DNA of 64,000 nucleotides from Tubulanus polymorphus. Its lineage: Eukaryota; Animalia; Nemertea. Made by a program: the position numbers and the translations under genes. Of the stretch, positions 1 through 13,800 are shown in pieces. How positions within the stretch are numbered: position 1 is the first letter of the stretch; the number at the start of each line of letters is the position of its first letter. The notes below the pieces were generated by a model that was not told where the DNA came from, ran no database searches, and saw only the letters and a program-made list of their open reading frames with translations. The stretch lies in contig NC_134035.1 of the NCBI RefSeq assembly GCF_964204645.1, forward strand, positions 13,362,451 to 13,426,450. Reading direction: 5' to 3'.

Positions 1-3000
1 TCAGACCAGTCTGATAGGTAACATAGTTTAAAAAATTTACCTGCTTGCGTGGAATGGAGTATGAAAATAGTTGTTGAGTAGAATATTGAAAATTGGAGTT
101 AGATAACTAGATTCCTTCGGCCTGAGAAGGAACTATGTTCGAATATTTCAATATAGAGAAAACTATTTTATAATGAGTTTGTAAAAAGATGTGTCATGTG
201 TTTTGCAATGTGACAGAAATATCCTTTTTAGAGTCTAATAAAAGCTAAGCTCCATTAATTCACGATATTGGTCTTCGATCTTTGGTTGATAGATAAGTCG
301 AGTTGGTTAGTCACTAGGAGTAAATGGTCGCGTCGAGCGCCTAGTTTTGAGTCGTAGGTCTGTTGAGTTAACGCCTAAACTGAGATATAGTTTCAACATG
401 ATATTGTAAGTTTTATTGTGCTTAACATAGTTAAACAGAGTCAACACAGTGGCTTTGCCCTGTAGATATCACATAGTTAGGAAACATAGAACATAACGTC
501 CTATGTACAAATAATAAGTATTTGCAGAATTGTAGATGTACTAATTTGATGGCATTGATATTTTCCAAGGCCTGTGTAACCAATTTGAGAAATGAATCAT
601 ATATGTCGATTTTCAAATGGAGTTTTAACTTTGAGCCTCCATCAATCTGTTCGATGATCAAAGCTACGTATTTGAAAGCAAAGCTTTATCTAAAGAGACC
701 ATTATTTATATTTGAGAGGTAAAGCTAAAGTTATAGCTAGGACTAATTTTGAACGTTTTAACATTGTTTATAGCTGTTTGAACTTCTTTTATTGTAATGG
801 GTAAATCCATATAACGAGATGGCTCTCGTGAATAATCACTTAGCTTCAAATCGGGTGTATAATGATTATTAAGAAGCGGCAGTGAATTAGTAGTGCTTTT
901 TTAAAATGGGCCCAGAACTTTACTGTGAAAAAATGCCTGCAGTTGTAAATAGAGGAGTATAAATAATACATGATACAAAATACAAGTACATAAATAAATG
1001 AATAATATTTAAAAAAATAGATAAAATAATAAGCAACAATACAAACAAACAACAAATTAATACTCTATTTACATGAAAAGGCATTTTTTCAAATATTTAT
1101 TTATCAACAAGGTTTTCTCATTTATCGAACAACCTTCCCTAAGTATAGCGAAAACCCGAGATCTTTTCTGTTGTTGTTTTTAGCATTCTATCAACTCGGT
1201 TATTGTAATAAACAAAACAAATAACAATAAACCTTAACTAAATCGAATACACTTAAAAAAATAACTGATATGATAGAATGCTTTGAATAACTGTGATGAA
1301 AGATCGACCCGTCCTTAGAACTAGCTGCGCTCAATCACTGCTGTGACTGTTTATTGTTATACTGGGGTAGACTTACTATCTAAAATCTGGTACATACATT
1401 TTACTTTTTAGAAAGAATTTAAAACAGCTATAAACTTAAGTTATTGATGTTATTGATAAGTTACCGATTGTATAATTATGTTGATGTTTTCGAAGCTGGA
1501 AGAAAAAGGTCAGAATAGTTAGTATTTAATGTCAAGGTGCTTGGACATCTTCAAGTCAGGGCAAAGTTAGTGGCAAAATTATAGTTTTCAAGTGAAAGTA
1601 ATGTTTACGCAAAAGAAATTAAGAATGATAAATTGATACTCCAAGATTTCTGGAGTGAATCGGTATGTTTCATCTCTAGTTTTAACGCTTTATGTTAGAG
1701 ACTGTTATTGTAATACAGTTCACGTGTTTGTAAATTAGGAACTTACATGATGATTCCTCGATTAAGATATTATTGTTGTGTGAATAAAACAATGTACATT
1801 TTCATCATTCATGTTGATACTTTTCAGTTGTTAAGTTTTATAGCAACAATTTCACTTTGGTGCTTATCAGTCGTTCATAAAATACTGATTTAATTAAGGC
1901 CCTGTCGAAAATAGAGGATAACTTGTGGATGCAGTGCTAATTGGTCAATCGTCCTAGCTTTGTTTTGATTATCGGTTTAACCGCGTCTGTGTGAAAAATA
2001 CTATTTTTATTAAGGTCCTTATGGAAAATGGAGGAGCAAAATAGAGGAGCATTCTCTTGATTAATGAGGATATATGAACAGTATTAATCAGTAAATTGTG
2101 CTAGCTATATATGGACTCTAAAATCATGGCTTAACAATGTCTATATGGGTCCTGAAATATCTGCACGAGAAGCACCTCAAAAAATTATTGAATCTAACTT
2201 AATTGTAGATATCTAAGCAATTAGTTATTAGTAATTGACCTAGCTCTATTCAAATTGACAGTTGCACAATATTTATATAATCGATTTATCTTGCTGAATG
2301 CATAGAAGAGAATGCCTCCAAAATACTTTGCATTAATATAACATTTGAGAAAATAACCAATTTGATCATGTCTGAAGACAAGGCAAAGGTGGCAAAACTC
2401 TAGTTATCTTTTAAAATAATGTTATTGAAAATTAAATCAAAGACTGTTTAAAATCAAAAACGAAATGTTCATGTCAACTGTTCTGAAACGCTTTTCTTGA
2501 TAATTGAGATGTCATCTGAAAAGTTGAGATGATAGATTCATATTTCATGAAATATAACAAAGTGTCGGTTATATTGACCTCATGAATTGTCAAATTCATA
2601 ATCTTAGACTTTCAGAATAGTCCAATTGTCGGTGTTTTATGGATCAAAGTTTATAATTCTTTGTGTATTTTTGTTATTTTCCTATTGATGCAAAATTGTA
2701 TAAAGTCAGTAGTAGTGGAAATGTATTGTATATCAAAACTTCGAAATACCTTACATGTAACTTTTGTGGTTTTAAAGTTAGAACAATTTCATACATAGCA
2801 ATAGAAATAAAATTACTATTTGAATTTGAGAAAATAAGCTAAAAGTTAATAATTTGATATGTGAAAATAAAATGATGTAAAAATGTAAATCACTTACTGT
2901 AATTACTTAATCCTACGCTTTCCAGAGTATTTGGCCAGGTTTATCTCTGGTTTTAGTGCGGGGAGCCATGGACTCTTACAGTTTAAGAGTCCATGGTTGG

Positions 3001-4123
3001 GCCATAGGCTTTTTTGTTTTAGAGTCTATGGTTGGACCATGGGCGTATAAACTCTCGTTTATAGTTTATACGCTTATGGTGGTTGGACTAGTTGTTTTTG
3101 AAATACAGTCCACGTGTTTGAGGAGCTTACATTATAATTCCTCGAGCACTCCTGGCATTTTGTATAATTGTTGTATGAGAATAAATATGATTGATTTTGA
3201 AATTTGTTAAGTTTAATAATAGCAACTCTTAGATTGAGGCCTAAATCGATTTAAGATAAACTGAATTAATGAAGAAATGAAATCGATTCAAGAGTTATGA
3301 AACTGGGTCCTGGGTATTGTTGTTGACCAATCAGTTTCACCCAGAGATCCCAATGGTATTTTATTCCCCAGGGCCCACAAACAGGATTAAGGCCTAAATT
3401 GATTTAAGATAAACTGAATAAATGAAGAAATTAAATCGATTTAAGAGTTAAACCTTTTTGTGAAACTCGGCCCAGGGGCTTGTATATTGTTATTTTATAT
3501 ACATTATACATGTAGACAGATTATCGTTTTTACACTACCTACAATTCTGATATGAGGAGCCCCTGTTTTATTCTTGCAATCTACTTCATCCAATAAATAA
3601 TCGCACCAACTGGTCCGCTGACAAGCTTTTACACGTTCGGAAGACATGATTATGTGATTATATCAACGGCAAAACCAATACGACTTTGTGAGTTAAACTG
3701 AGCCTGTTGACGGTTGTTGACGCTATGACCAGCCAGAAGTACAGCGGGCCTAACTACGATTCAAAAATCCGCCATTTTGGGTCTTTCAAAATCTGAATTT
3801 TATTACTGTAATCCGTAATTTCCGAGGAGAAACAAAGCTTCGTTCAGAAGTTATTTCGTAACAAAGGAAAAAATTTTTATATGTGATAACAAAATGGACT
3901 TCACTAAAGCGCAAGTCCAAGTTTTTAGTGAGGGAGGATCGATATTGATTGATTCAATACCCATTGCGATACTAATCAAGATTGAATGCCGAACTTTTGT
4001 CGAACTACAAGTTTTATTTACAATATTTTTAACAGAAAATATGAAACAATCGAGAATAAAACATTTCTACAAAGGACGAAGCTGCTGAATTTCAGATGAA
4101 GTCTGCGTACGTAATAGGAAGTA

Positions 4124-4273
4124 CAGTCAAACCCCCGATATATCGCCCTCCCACATACCGCACCCACCAGGTTTTATCAATGTACACCTCTATACAAATA
4201 CATGATAAAACACCCCCGATATACCGCCAAAATTGTTCTGTACCGATGTGAGCGGTATATCGTGGGCTGACTG
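4124..4273. mobile_element. Tc1/mariner (pogo/Tigger-like) MITE
   Basis: TA|CAGTCAAACCCCCGATATATCGC ... GCGGTATATCGTGGGCTGACTG|TA: imperfect TIRs with TA target duplication. Confidence 0.7.
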
Positions 4274-4879
4274 TATTGGCAAATTATTCAATCCCCGCCC
4301 TCTCCTCCCTTCCCTCATGGATGAGCATGTTAGAATAACCGCGATACACATTTTTTTTTTTTACTGATTTGAGCTAGAAAAACAATTACAGTTTAGAATA
4401 TATACACTAGACTAGAGGCACGTAATCAAACGAGGATGAATGATGATTCAGGGAGAACCCAATATCGCCCGAAGATGAGTTTTCATTCACTGAGCGCAAT
4501 CTCGTTCATTACAATTAAACTGGATTCAACAATTGGGGGCGCCAGTTGCTGAAAAGTTGGTTGAAGCATGGACGTTTAATGAGCCTCATTACAATTCCCT
4601 GGTTGAAGATATAACGAGCGGAATGAATCAACAAATCTTTAATTGTCACTATGTCAACTATCCACTGATCAACTCTAACCAACTTTTGAGCTCAACCGGT
4701 TCCAGTTCACAAAAAACGCAGAACTTTGTCCCAAATCGGAAGAATTCTCGCAGTCGGAACAATCGTTATATGTTGTAGACTCGACGAAATGACAAGTTCA
4801 TTAACGTGATGACTTATCAGATAACGACTACTACTGAGTTTGACTGCGATTTCTCAAAAGAGATTTTTTTGGTGCTCTG

Positions 4880-4987
4880 GACCCAGTTCCACAGTTGTGA
4901 GTTAGAGTTAACTCCGAGTTAAAGTTAGTTCATTTTCAATGAGTTAGCTCAGAGTCAAATCTTGACTCACAACTGTGGAACTGGGCC
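4880..4987. mobile_element. MITE family A (CWG target duplication, PIF/Harbinger-like)
   Basis: CTG|GACCCAGTTCCACAGTTGTGAGT...ACTCACAACTGTGGAACTGGGCC|CTG. Related copies at 8600-8690, ~33879-33986, ~40070-40253, ~56852-56945. Confidence 0.75.
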
Positions 4988-5549
4988 CTGAAGTTCGTTG
5001 TAACGAGGTTCAACTGCATTTAAAAGGCACTAGTTTAACATATACTAAAACCAATATCACCAACCAATAAATAATAGATAGCACTTTGTGTAAAAGCAAA
5101 TTCAGTACAATGAATAGAATACACAATATCACCCGCAATTTTCAAATCACATTGTTCTCTCTACGAGAAATTATCTGAATAATTGCTCGCAGGTTCAGCA
5201 CACCAGTGGAAGCTGGATTTAAATCATTCCCTTATGATTGATATAGTCTCAGCAAAACATCGAAATACCTGCATAGATTCAAGAAATATGACATATGAAG
5301 GTGACTGATTACACTTAGTAAGAATTGATTCGAGGTACATAAAATAAACCTTGCACCTTAATGGGACAAAAACAACATTCCTGATTTCTTCCTCTGCCAG
5401 TGGTCAGAGTTAGGACAGTTTTACTGTATCCGTGAATATATCTTATAAGTGAAATTCAAACTGTTTTGAAAATAAGACAACAACAGCAGCTGCTGCTTCT
5501 GCTGCTGCAGCAGCTACAGCTACAGCTACTGCTGCTGCCGCGATAACAA

Positions 5550-8500
5550 CTAATCATCTGAATCAGATGAATCATCCTCATCACTCTCCTCGTCATCATC
5601 ACTACTAGAGGAATCGGATGATTGTTGTCGATGATTCCACATATTACGGTATGTGTATATTTTATTACTTGATTCTCGTCCGCCGATACTCGGTAACGCA
5701 AACGATGATTTCGATTGTCTCGCCGGTCCCGATCGTTGCCTCGACGATGCGCTGTACGTATGATACTGTCTCGCCGGGCGAGGTGGAGCTACTCCCGGTT
5801 TACTATTCGTTAAACCGGGTTTATTACTTAGTCCTGGTTTATTGTTATTGTTTTGAGCGGAGGTTGGTTTACCGTCTGTTGAAGAGGTATCCGTTGTATT
5901 ATTGTCAGAAGAAGCCGATATTTGATGTTTCTGCGCTGCGTACATCTATAAAATAATGGAACAGAAAAAAACTCTTAGAGAAAAACATATTCAGGAACTC
6001 CAGGAGGAGCTGAGTGCCCCAGACGTGCCCCAGGAGGAGCTGGTCGACAAGCAACTTGTTGCCCCAGGAAAAGCTTGCTGCCACCGCAGGAACAGGTTGC
6101 CACATGAGGAGCTGGTTGACCCAGGAGCCCCAGGAGCTGGTTGACCCAGGTGGTGAGGAGGAGCTGGTTGACCCAGGAGCCCCAGGAGGAGCTGGCTGAC
6201 CCAGGAGCCCCGGGAGTAGCTGGTTGACCCAGGAGCCCCGGGAGGAGCTGGTTGACCCAGGAGCCCCGGGAGGAGCTGGTTGACCCAGGAGCCCCGGGAG
6301 GAGCTGGTTGACCCAGGAGCCCCGGGAGGAGCTGGTTGACCCAGGTGGTGAGGAGGAGCTGGTTGACCCAGGCGGTGAGGAGGAGCTGGTTGACCCAGGA
6401 GCCCCGGGAGGAGCTGGTTGACCCAGGTGGTGAGGAGGAGCTGGTTGACCCAAGCGGTGAGGAGGAGCTGGTTGACCCAGGTGGTGAGGAGGAGCTGGTT
6501 GACCCAGGAGGAGCTGGTTGACCCAGGAGCCGCGGGAGGAGCTGGTTGACCCAGGAGCCCAGGGAGGAGCTGGTTGACCCAGGAGCCCCGGGAGGAGCTG
6601 GTTGACCCAGGAGCCCAAGGGAAAACTGATTGTCACAGGACACAATAGAAGCGATAAGCAATAAGAGCAAATACAAATAATTGAATAGATTATAACTATA
6701 ACTAACCGTATCTAATTGTGAGTTTGTTTGTTCAGTTAAAGTGTTTAATGTTTGTCTCCAGCTGAGTAAACGAATCAATTCATTGATACTGTTTACTAAA
6801 TCACCCTCGTGTACGAGATCATTAAAACGCTTTCTCCGTCTGAACGGACCGACCGCTTTCATATTGAGTAATACACGTGGAACGTGATATCGAGTGGAAT
6901 CGACGATTCCCGCAAACGGTTCCACCTACAAAATACAAACACAGCAAAATATTCATCATCAATTTCACAGTTTGCATAACTTAATCCGAGACATTGAAAG
7001 TAAACTATAAACGATATTTTATATCGTGAAGAGTTATGGCGAATATCTAAAGTGGTGGTTCAGGCCGGACTGCAGATTGTCTGAAGGTGTCTGAAGGTCA
7101 GGGGTTACAGGCTTAACTTTAACAATGAATTCCGATAATGAACAGACCTCTAGCGAAGTGCCGAGTACGAGTAAAAGATCTGCCTGCGGAAAATCGCGTA
7201 GATAATAATAAAATCTCTTTGGTAAATCTTCACCAAAAAACACAATGTCGGGTTTAATGACTCCCTGGAATAAAACAAAATAAATAACAATTAGAAGCTT
7301 TTCAAATTCCACCTAATAACGCACTAGATGAAGAGAAATATATGTCAGTAAATAAAGTAAAGAGCAAGTACGCCATTTTGAGGCGACCATAAATATGATA
7401 ATATACTTACTGAGCATGATGTTCTCTTTCTGCAATAAGGAATTTTTCCCTGAAAAATGTCGCCCTAAAATAACAGCAAAAATATCAGATCTATTGAAAA
7501 ATACCAAGTTGTTTTAATGATACTACATTCTGTAGCACTATCTACAGAATACCATGCTCAAGTCGGATCTGTTGGGATCTTGAAAATTTGTCCAACTTAA
7601 CAGTCATATCTGAGTTAGATAGTACAGTAGAGATCTTTTGACTTGATAGTGATATCTGAGTTAGATAGTACAGAAGAGATCTTTTGACTCCAGAGTGATA
7701 TCTGACTAGAACCTTGATGATACAATAGACTCTGCATGAGTAAGTAGGATTTTTGATATAAGGTTAATATATCTGAGGACGGTAAACTGTAGTTTGCCGT
7801 GTTATAAATCGTACCTTGATCTCATCTCCGGGATATTGTTTATTACACGCGGTACACGTAGCCGTCGCGAACGTACCGTGGGCTTCGACCATCTTCGCCG
7901 GCGGTATTCCACATACTGAAACAACCAATCATCATCATCATCACCATTACCACGACGACAAAAATACGAAGACAACAATATACGTACGACGTTCTAATCC
8001 GTCGATGTTTTGAGTGTACATCCTCAGTAATAACCCTCGATCGTAAAGCATTCGCACGAAGTAATGGATAATATTCGGACGGTATTTACCGGACGGATAT
8101 AGTTCTTTCGCCAACTCGAAAAACGGGCGCGGTTTATAGTGGAAATAATCGATATCGAATATCGCTTCCGGGTACGGGATACTATACTGTTTGAGATTAT
8201 CGTAAAGACCGGTTCCAGGACTCCTGAAATATCAACATTTTGAAATACATATTTGATTGTACATTCTATTGAAGTGACAGAGATTAGAGAGAGAGGGTAT
8301 TGATCTACAACTCGGAACCCCCTTCTGCCCCAGAACGACACTATGCAGTCTTTCATTTGAAGATGACTTATTGTACAAGTCAAAACATTGAATAATTTTA
8401 GACTTTATTCTTCAAGGGTGCAGGGATTTTATGTTATCTTTATAATATGGACTCAGAATGTTTCAGCAATGTTAGCTTCAAGTGAATTAGAATACAGAAG

Positions 8501-10450
8501 GACCAGTAGCTGTATTCCTGAAGCTGACTATTAGGTTTTAGTCAACTTTTCAGACTCCTTTCTCTCCCTATTTTTGTGTGATTCTAGTTCACATTGCTGG
8601 GCCCGGTTCCACAGTTGTGTGTTAACAGTTAACTCAAAGTTAAAATCAGTAAATTTTCAATGTTTTAACTGAGAACTGTGGAACTGGATCCTGTTGTTAG
8701 ATGAATGAGTTTACGTAGGTACCTGAAATCAGGAATTCCACTGGGTGTACTGATTCCAGCTCCAGCCATTACAACAATATTCTTCACTCGTTCTGTAGAG
8801 ATTAAACGTACGACGTCGTCTAAACTCTGAATACGACTTCCAGCACTAGATATACTCCTCTTTACACCAGCACTGAAATAATCAATACACATATATCAAT
8901 TCAGAAGGGCTCAGTGGCAGAGTCGTGACTTAAATTTAAGACCAGTAAATGCCCATATTTCAACTATATCCAATCTACAAGACTTAAAGACCAGTCTTAG
9001 CTCATTTTGGTTCTATAGCCAATCTAACAACTTAAGACCAGTCTAAGCTCATTTTGATTCTGTAACCAATCTAACAACTTCTTAAGACCAGTCTAAGCTC
9101 ATTTTGGTTCTATAGCCAATCTAACAACTACAACTTAAGAAGACAGTCTAAGCTCATATTGATTCTGTAACCAATCTAACAGACTTAAGACCAGTCTTAG
9201 CTCATTTTGGTTCTATAGCCAATCTAACAACTACAACTTAAGAAGACAGTCTAAGCTCATTTTGATTCTGTAACCAATCTAACAGACTTAAGACCAGTCT
9301 TAGCTCATTTTGGTTCTATAGCCAATCTAACAACTACAACTTAAGAAGACAGTCTAAGCTCATTTTGATTCTGTAACCAATCTAACAGACTTAAGACCAG
9401 TCTAGTGATTTTACATCATTCATGGATAAAACCTACAATATGGATAAAACAATTTACCCAAAGACAAACAAGGGCAATAAATCACTTTCATTTGAGAACA
9501 AATGCAAAAACAGTCGAGGGTAGGCCGAGGGATACCAGCCCTAGAAAATCATTTCTCAAGGTTCAGACTTTGCTATTTTATGGGTTAATGCTGGCATGTT
9601 TTATCAAATTGTAACTCTGTAGTTTTGAGATCCAACATGATCCACATCTTTCGCCGCTACTGTCAAAAAACTTCCGTGCGAATTTTACCAAATTGTAAAT
9701 TTATGAAAATACGTTTCTAGAGAAATCTAAATTAGAAACCTTTTAGTGAAAGCGTTTGTGCTGGCGGTACTGATGTTCGATTTCGCCGATCCATTCGCTC
9801 TGCGTCGTTCCCGTAGCGACAATTGTTGTACACCGTTTGTTAAAGATGAATCGGAGCGTGATTTATTCGGTTGAGGAATCGGTGATTCGACGGTGATCAG
9901 AGTGCGAGCCTGCGGTCGATTCGGTTTGTTATTCGTGGATTTAGATCGCGGTGGAAGTCCAGCAACGAGTCCTGAAAATGTAATCTACACTTCAGCTTCA
10001 CCCGTAAGATAATCTCGACCCAGTTTCGATAGAACTCATTATTGAATTGAAACATTCAGGAAAGAATCAAACTCTTAAGTGGGTAGATACAGCATTTGAT
10101 ATTTGTGTTGCTGTTTGGGTTGGAGGAGGGGGCATGAGGGGGTGGGGTGATTACAGTTTTAATGACCTCTGCACCAGTCACACTTGGTATTTAGTGCACC
10201 ACTGTACTTCTAGGTAACTAACTTGGGTCAGGGTAAATAAAGTTTAGATTATTCACACTGGGCTCACTGATTTTCAGAACTCATTCAAATCACCCCCCCC
10301 CCCCCCCCCCGTACTGCAACGACCGAGGAGGGGGCCAGAAGAGGAGGGCGCGGTGGGTGATCGATGATGTCGATATTGAAGAACATGTTGATCTGAATTG
10401 ATTGATTGATGATAGTTCGTACCTGTTTTTAGTTTCGCTGCTGCTGACAT
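5550..10450 (-). CDS. SIRT3: NAD-dependent deacylase, SIRT3-like class I sirtuin (~510 aa, 9 coding exons)
   Basis: Exons 10423-10450, 9740-9971, 8723-8872, 7988-8223, 7815-7915, 7411-7464, 7148-7264, 6707-6925, 5550-5945; GT-AG introns with matching phases. Motifs [41 protein letters not shown]...[26 protein letters not shown]. Sequence and intron positions resemble SIRT3 more than SIRT2; exact paralog uncertain. Confidence 0.9.
5990..6620. repeat. GC-rich ~28-bp minisatellite in the last SIRT3 intron
   Basis: (CCAGGAGCCCCGGGAGGAGCTGGTTGAC)n with variants. Confidence 0.9.
8980..9404. repeat. ~47-bp tandem repeat related to the interior of MITE family B
   Basis: (TTAAGACCAGTCTAAGCTCATTTTGGTTCTATAGCCAATCTAACAAC)n; also ~27720-27960 and ~60535-60820. 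Confidence 0.9.
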
Positions 10451-10863
10451 TCTATAAATGATTCTCATTTTCTACAAAATCAAAACATTTTTTGCCGCTT
10501 TGGAAATTATTTCATTCTCAGAATCCGTCACACAATATCCCAAAATCTCTGCATCACTGACGGAATTTGAGATTTAAGACGAAAATTTCCACAAGGAAGT
10601 GATTTGTTGCCATAATAAGACTCCTCATTCTTCCAGTATCGCGCGGGTAGGAGATAGGGTTCAGTGTTGTCTCAACCAGGGTTATGATATTGTTGGAGCA
10701 GTCCCTTAATTAGGGTTAGCACATACACCGGTTAGCGGCTCTAAATGCGGAACCTGTAATCCGGCTCCGTAATTTACTCTCTACTGTCGGAACCCAGTAG
10801 TTCAGTCGGTTCAGTGGTTTGACAGCAGTATTTTTAGAGGTTATACCCCGCGCCGCTGTTGTA
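10451..10863. promoter_or_regulatory. Putative bidirectional promoter/5' UTR region of the SIRT3-like gene and CYB5R
   Basis: Divergent start codons at 10450 (-) and 10864 (+); locally CpG-richer; ETS-like AGGAAGTG (10594) and partial X-box-like GTTGCCATAATAAG (10606). Confidence 0.55.
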
Positions 10864-13800
10864 ATGGCTCCTGTCGAGGTTGTGGTAAGTTGTCTTACTT
10901 ATTCTGTATTTTATGTATTTCATTTACAGTAACTGACAATATCTTAAATCATAGTAAAACCAACACTCAGTGACTGAGTCTACATTTTTGGCTTTGCGGA
11001 AAGGAAAGGTCCCTCACCTGGCTGGTCACGACCCCTCACTGACCATCATGACTGGTTTGCACTGAACTGTCTCGTGACCCTTTATTTAAGAGCCTGTGTT
11101 CTGTCTATTAAAATGGAGTTTGTCGACACATGAAAGCTGTCATTGTCTGGGTCTTATGAAGAAGTGTCCGACCGTCTTTACTCTTTGCCTTTGGTGGCGT
11201 CAACGGTCTAGGGCTCCTGTCCAAGCCAAGCTGTCCTCTTGTTGGCCTGTCATTAGTTATATGTCCTTCTCTCTCTCCAAGTATCATTGATTACACACAG
11301 TCTGACAGGAACAGGTGTGTTTGGATGATGCTAAACAGGTCTGTTGTACTCTACAGACGAGCTGGGCTGGGCCTGGGTCTCTGCATAGGCCGCATTAATT
11401 AGTCCTGTAAAACTTGGCCCTGACAGGACCAGTTGTTCCTTAGCATCAGGAAACCTATTTAACATTCAGGATATCTATTTAACCAGGACAGTTTTTATAG
11501 CCTATATATATTTATATGATATTGAGTTGATTTCAATCAGGCCCTACTCGTGATTTAATGGTTTTAACTCGCAACTGTTGAACTGTAGGTCCTCGGTCTG
11601 ACTATTTGTCATATGAAAACATGTGATAATGTGTAATCAATCTAGTTTATAAATCTATACTCAGTATAACAGTCGCGGTACCCCGGTGTGTGAGAGACCA
11701 ACACTAGGTTCTAGTCAATATTAAATCTTCAAGTATTCTGCACGTATAACCCAGATTTCTATAGTAAGGGGGACATGACCTGAGTGCGACTAATCAAATC
11801 ATATATGATATCGTGTTAAGTATGGTACTTATAAATGCAGAAATATTTAACTTGAAAAGTTCTGAGTCTCGCTGGCTGATTATTGAAGAGCGCTCTACTT
11901 TCTATCCTCCTCAAGGAGACAATTAAGACATTCTTGTTTTGACGTTTTCTGTGCTGATCGAGACCTGAACGGTTTATGTCTAAACGTTTTAATGAATTCT
12001 AAGTCGAATTAGGACAAAATTGAAGATCTTTTTACTACAGGATAATTGTTTAGAATTAGTGCAGTAGAACATTTTCGTACTAGGTACTTGAAAAATATAA
12101 TTAGATGTCATAATGACTTTATTCTGGAGTTAGAAGATAGGGTAGTACTTTTCCCATTGAGGGGAAGGTTTACTGAGGGTCCTATCTTAGGAATTATTAT
12201 CAATTGTGTTGCGTTATGAGGTTCTCTCGGGCTTTGTTGATTTGTAGAAGAGCTCTGGACCTGATTCCACAGTGTTCTGAATTAAGATTGCACTCAAGAG
12301 TTTACTTATTGAAAGTGAACTGTGGAACTGGATCCAGAACAGTAGAACTGATTCAAAGCAGTGGTACTGGATCCAGAACTGTGAAACTGGATTCAGAACT
12401 GTAAAACTGGATTCAGAACTGTGGAACTGATTCCAGAACTGTGGAACTGGATCCTGAACTGTGGAACTGAATCTAGAACTGTGGAACTGGATCCAGAACT
12501 GTGGAACTGGATCCAGAACTGTGGAACTGGATCCAGAACTGTGAAACTGGATTCAGAACTGTAAAACTGGATTCAGAACTGTGGAACTGAATCCAGAACT
12601 GTGGAACTGGATCCTGAACTGTGGAACTGAATCTAGAACTGTGGAACTGGATCCAGAACTGTGGAACTGGATCCAGAACTGTGGAACTGGATCCAGAACT
12701 GTGGAACTGGACTCTTTTAAGCGTAAAGTTAAATGCATCCTTGTATAACATGCAAATATGGTTATTGATTGAACCCAAATTTCATCATGCGAAAACCGTG
12801 TTATTCAGATTGAAGAGAAACAAGATTTGAATAATTCATAAAGAAATTCAAATAATATAAAAACTAGTTACGGATAAAAATCGATAATATAGTAATAATT
12901 TCTGGTCGCGTATTTTATCCTATCACATTCAAACACACATTCAGCATTTATCACTGACATCTGTTCAACAGTCATTCTCCAGACAGAGGTTCAACACGGG
13001 ATGATTCAATATTCTTCATTTCACCAGTGTTGAGAAAATATACCGATTTCATTTGTGTCGATGAACAGGAAAGGTTCGGATCTAGACGGATTTTGAAAAG
13101 TTTCCTTGAAAATTTCTCGAGAGTTGGCCCAGACCCTTGGCACTTGCCTATTCAACTACTGGGTCTCGGGGTCTTGTCACGTAAATTTGGAGGATGGAAG
13201 TCAAAGATTCATGACTGAACTTAGATTCCGGTATTTGAGGCTTTGTTAGTAGAATAGTTTTGATTATGATTGAGAAGATATTGTTCGTATAGACTCAATA
13301 CACACTCACAGCTGTCTAATAGAATAGGGAGCCTCGATCCTCCCTCACTCAGTGGTTGAAACAGCTTTGCGTGTGACTAATACTAACACACTAGCAGCAG
13401 ACGGCAGTACGACTGATAGGACCGCAGACAGTGAGACAGGATACACACACGTACAAATCATGTCTACTTTAGGTATAATTGTAAGTAATCTCAATATCGC
13501 GCTTTAAATCGGAAAGCAAAATGTCTGATTTTGAACGCGAGATTTCAGAAATTTGATATCGAACATTTCGTAGTAATGTCAACATTTGAAATTTGAGCTG
13601 ATTTGATATCTCATTGATTAGATTAACTTCATTTCAATTTTAGCCTATTTGTAAATTTGTTGTCATAAAGAGATTGTTTTGAAATTTTATATCATAAAGA
13701 ATCTACGTAGTGAGAGAGACTTCATGTAAGATGTGCTTAAATTCAGTAGTGCCGGAAATTAGGGGCTGATTCAGGGGGTAGAGACTTTGACAGTAGAACT

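Noticed and set aside
5905-6645. Collagen-like or Pro/Gly-rich ORFs
   Set aside because: Open in several frames because of a GC-rich minisatellite in the last SIRT3 intron; flanking exons join in phase without it.
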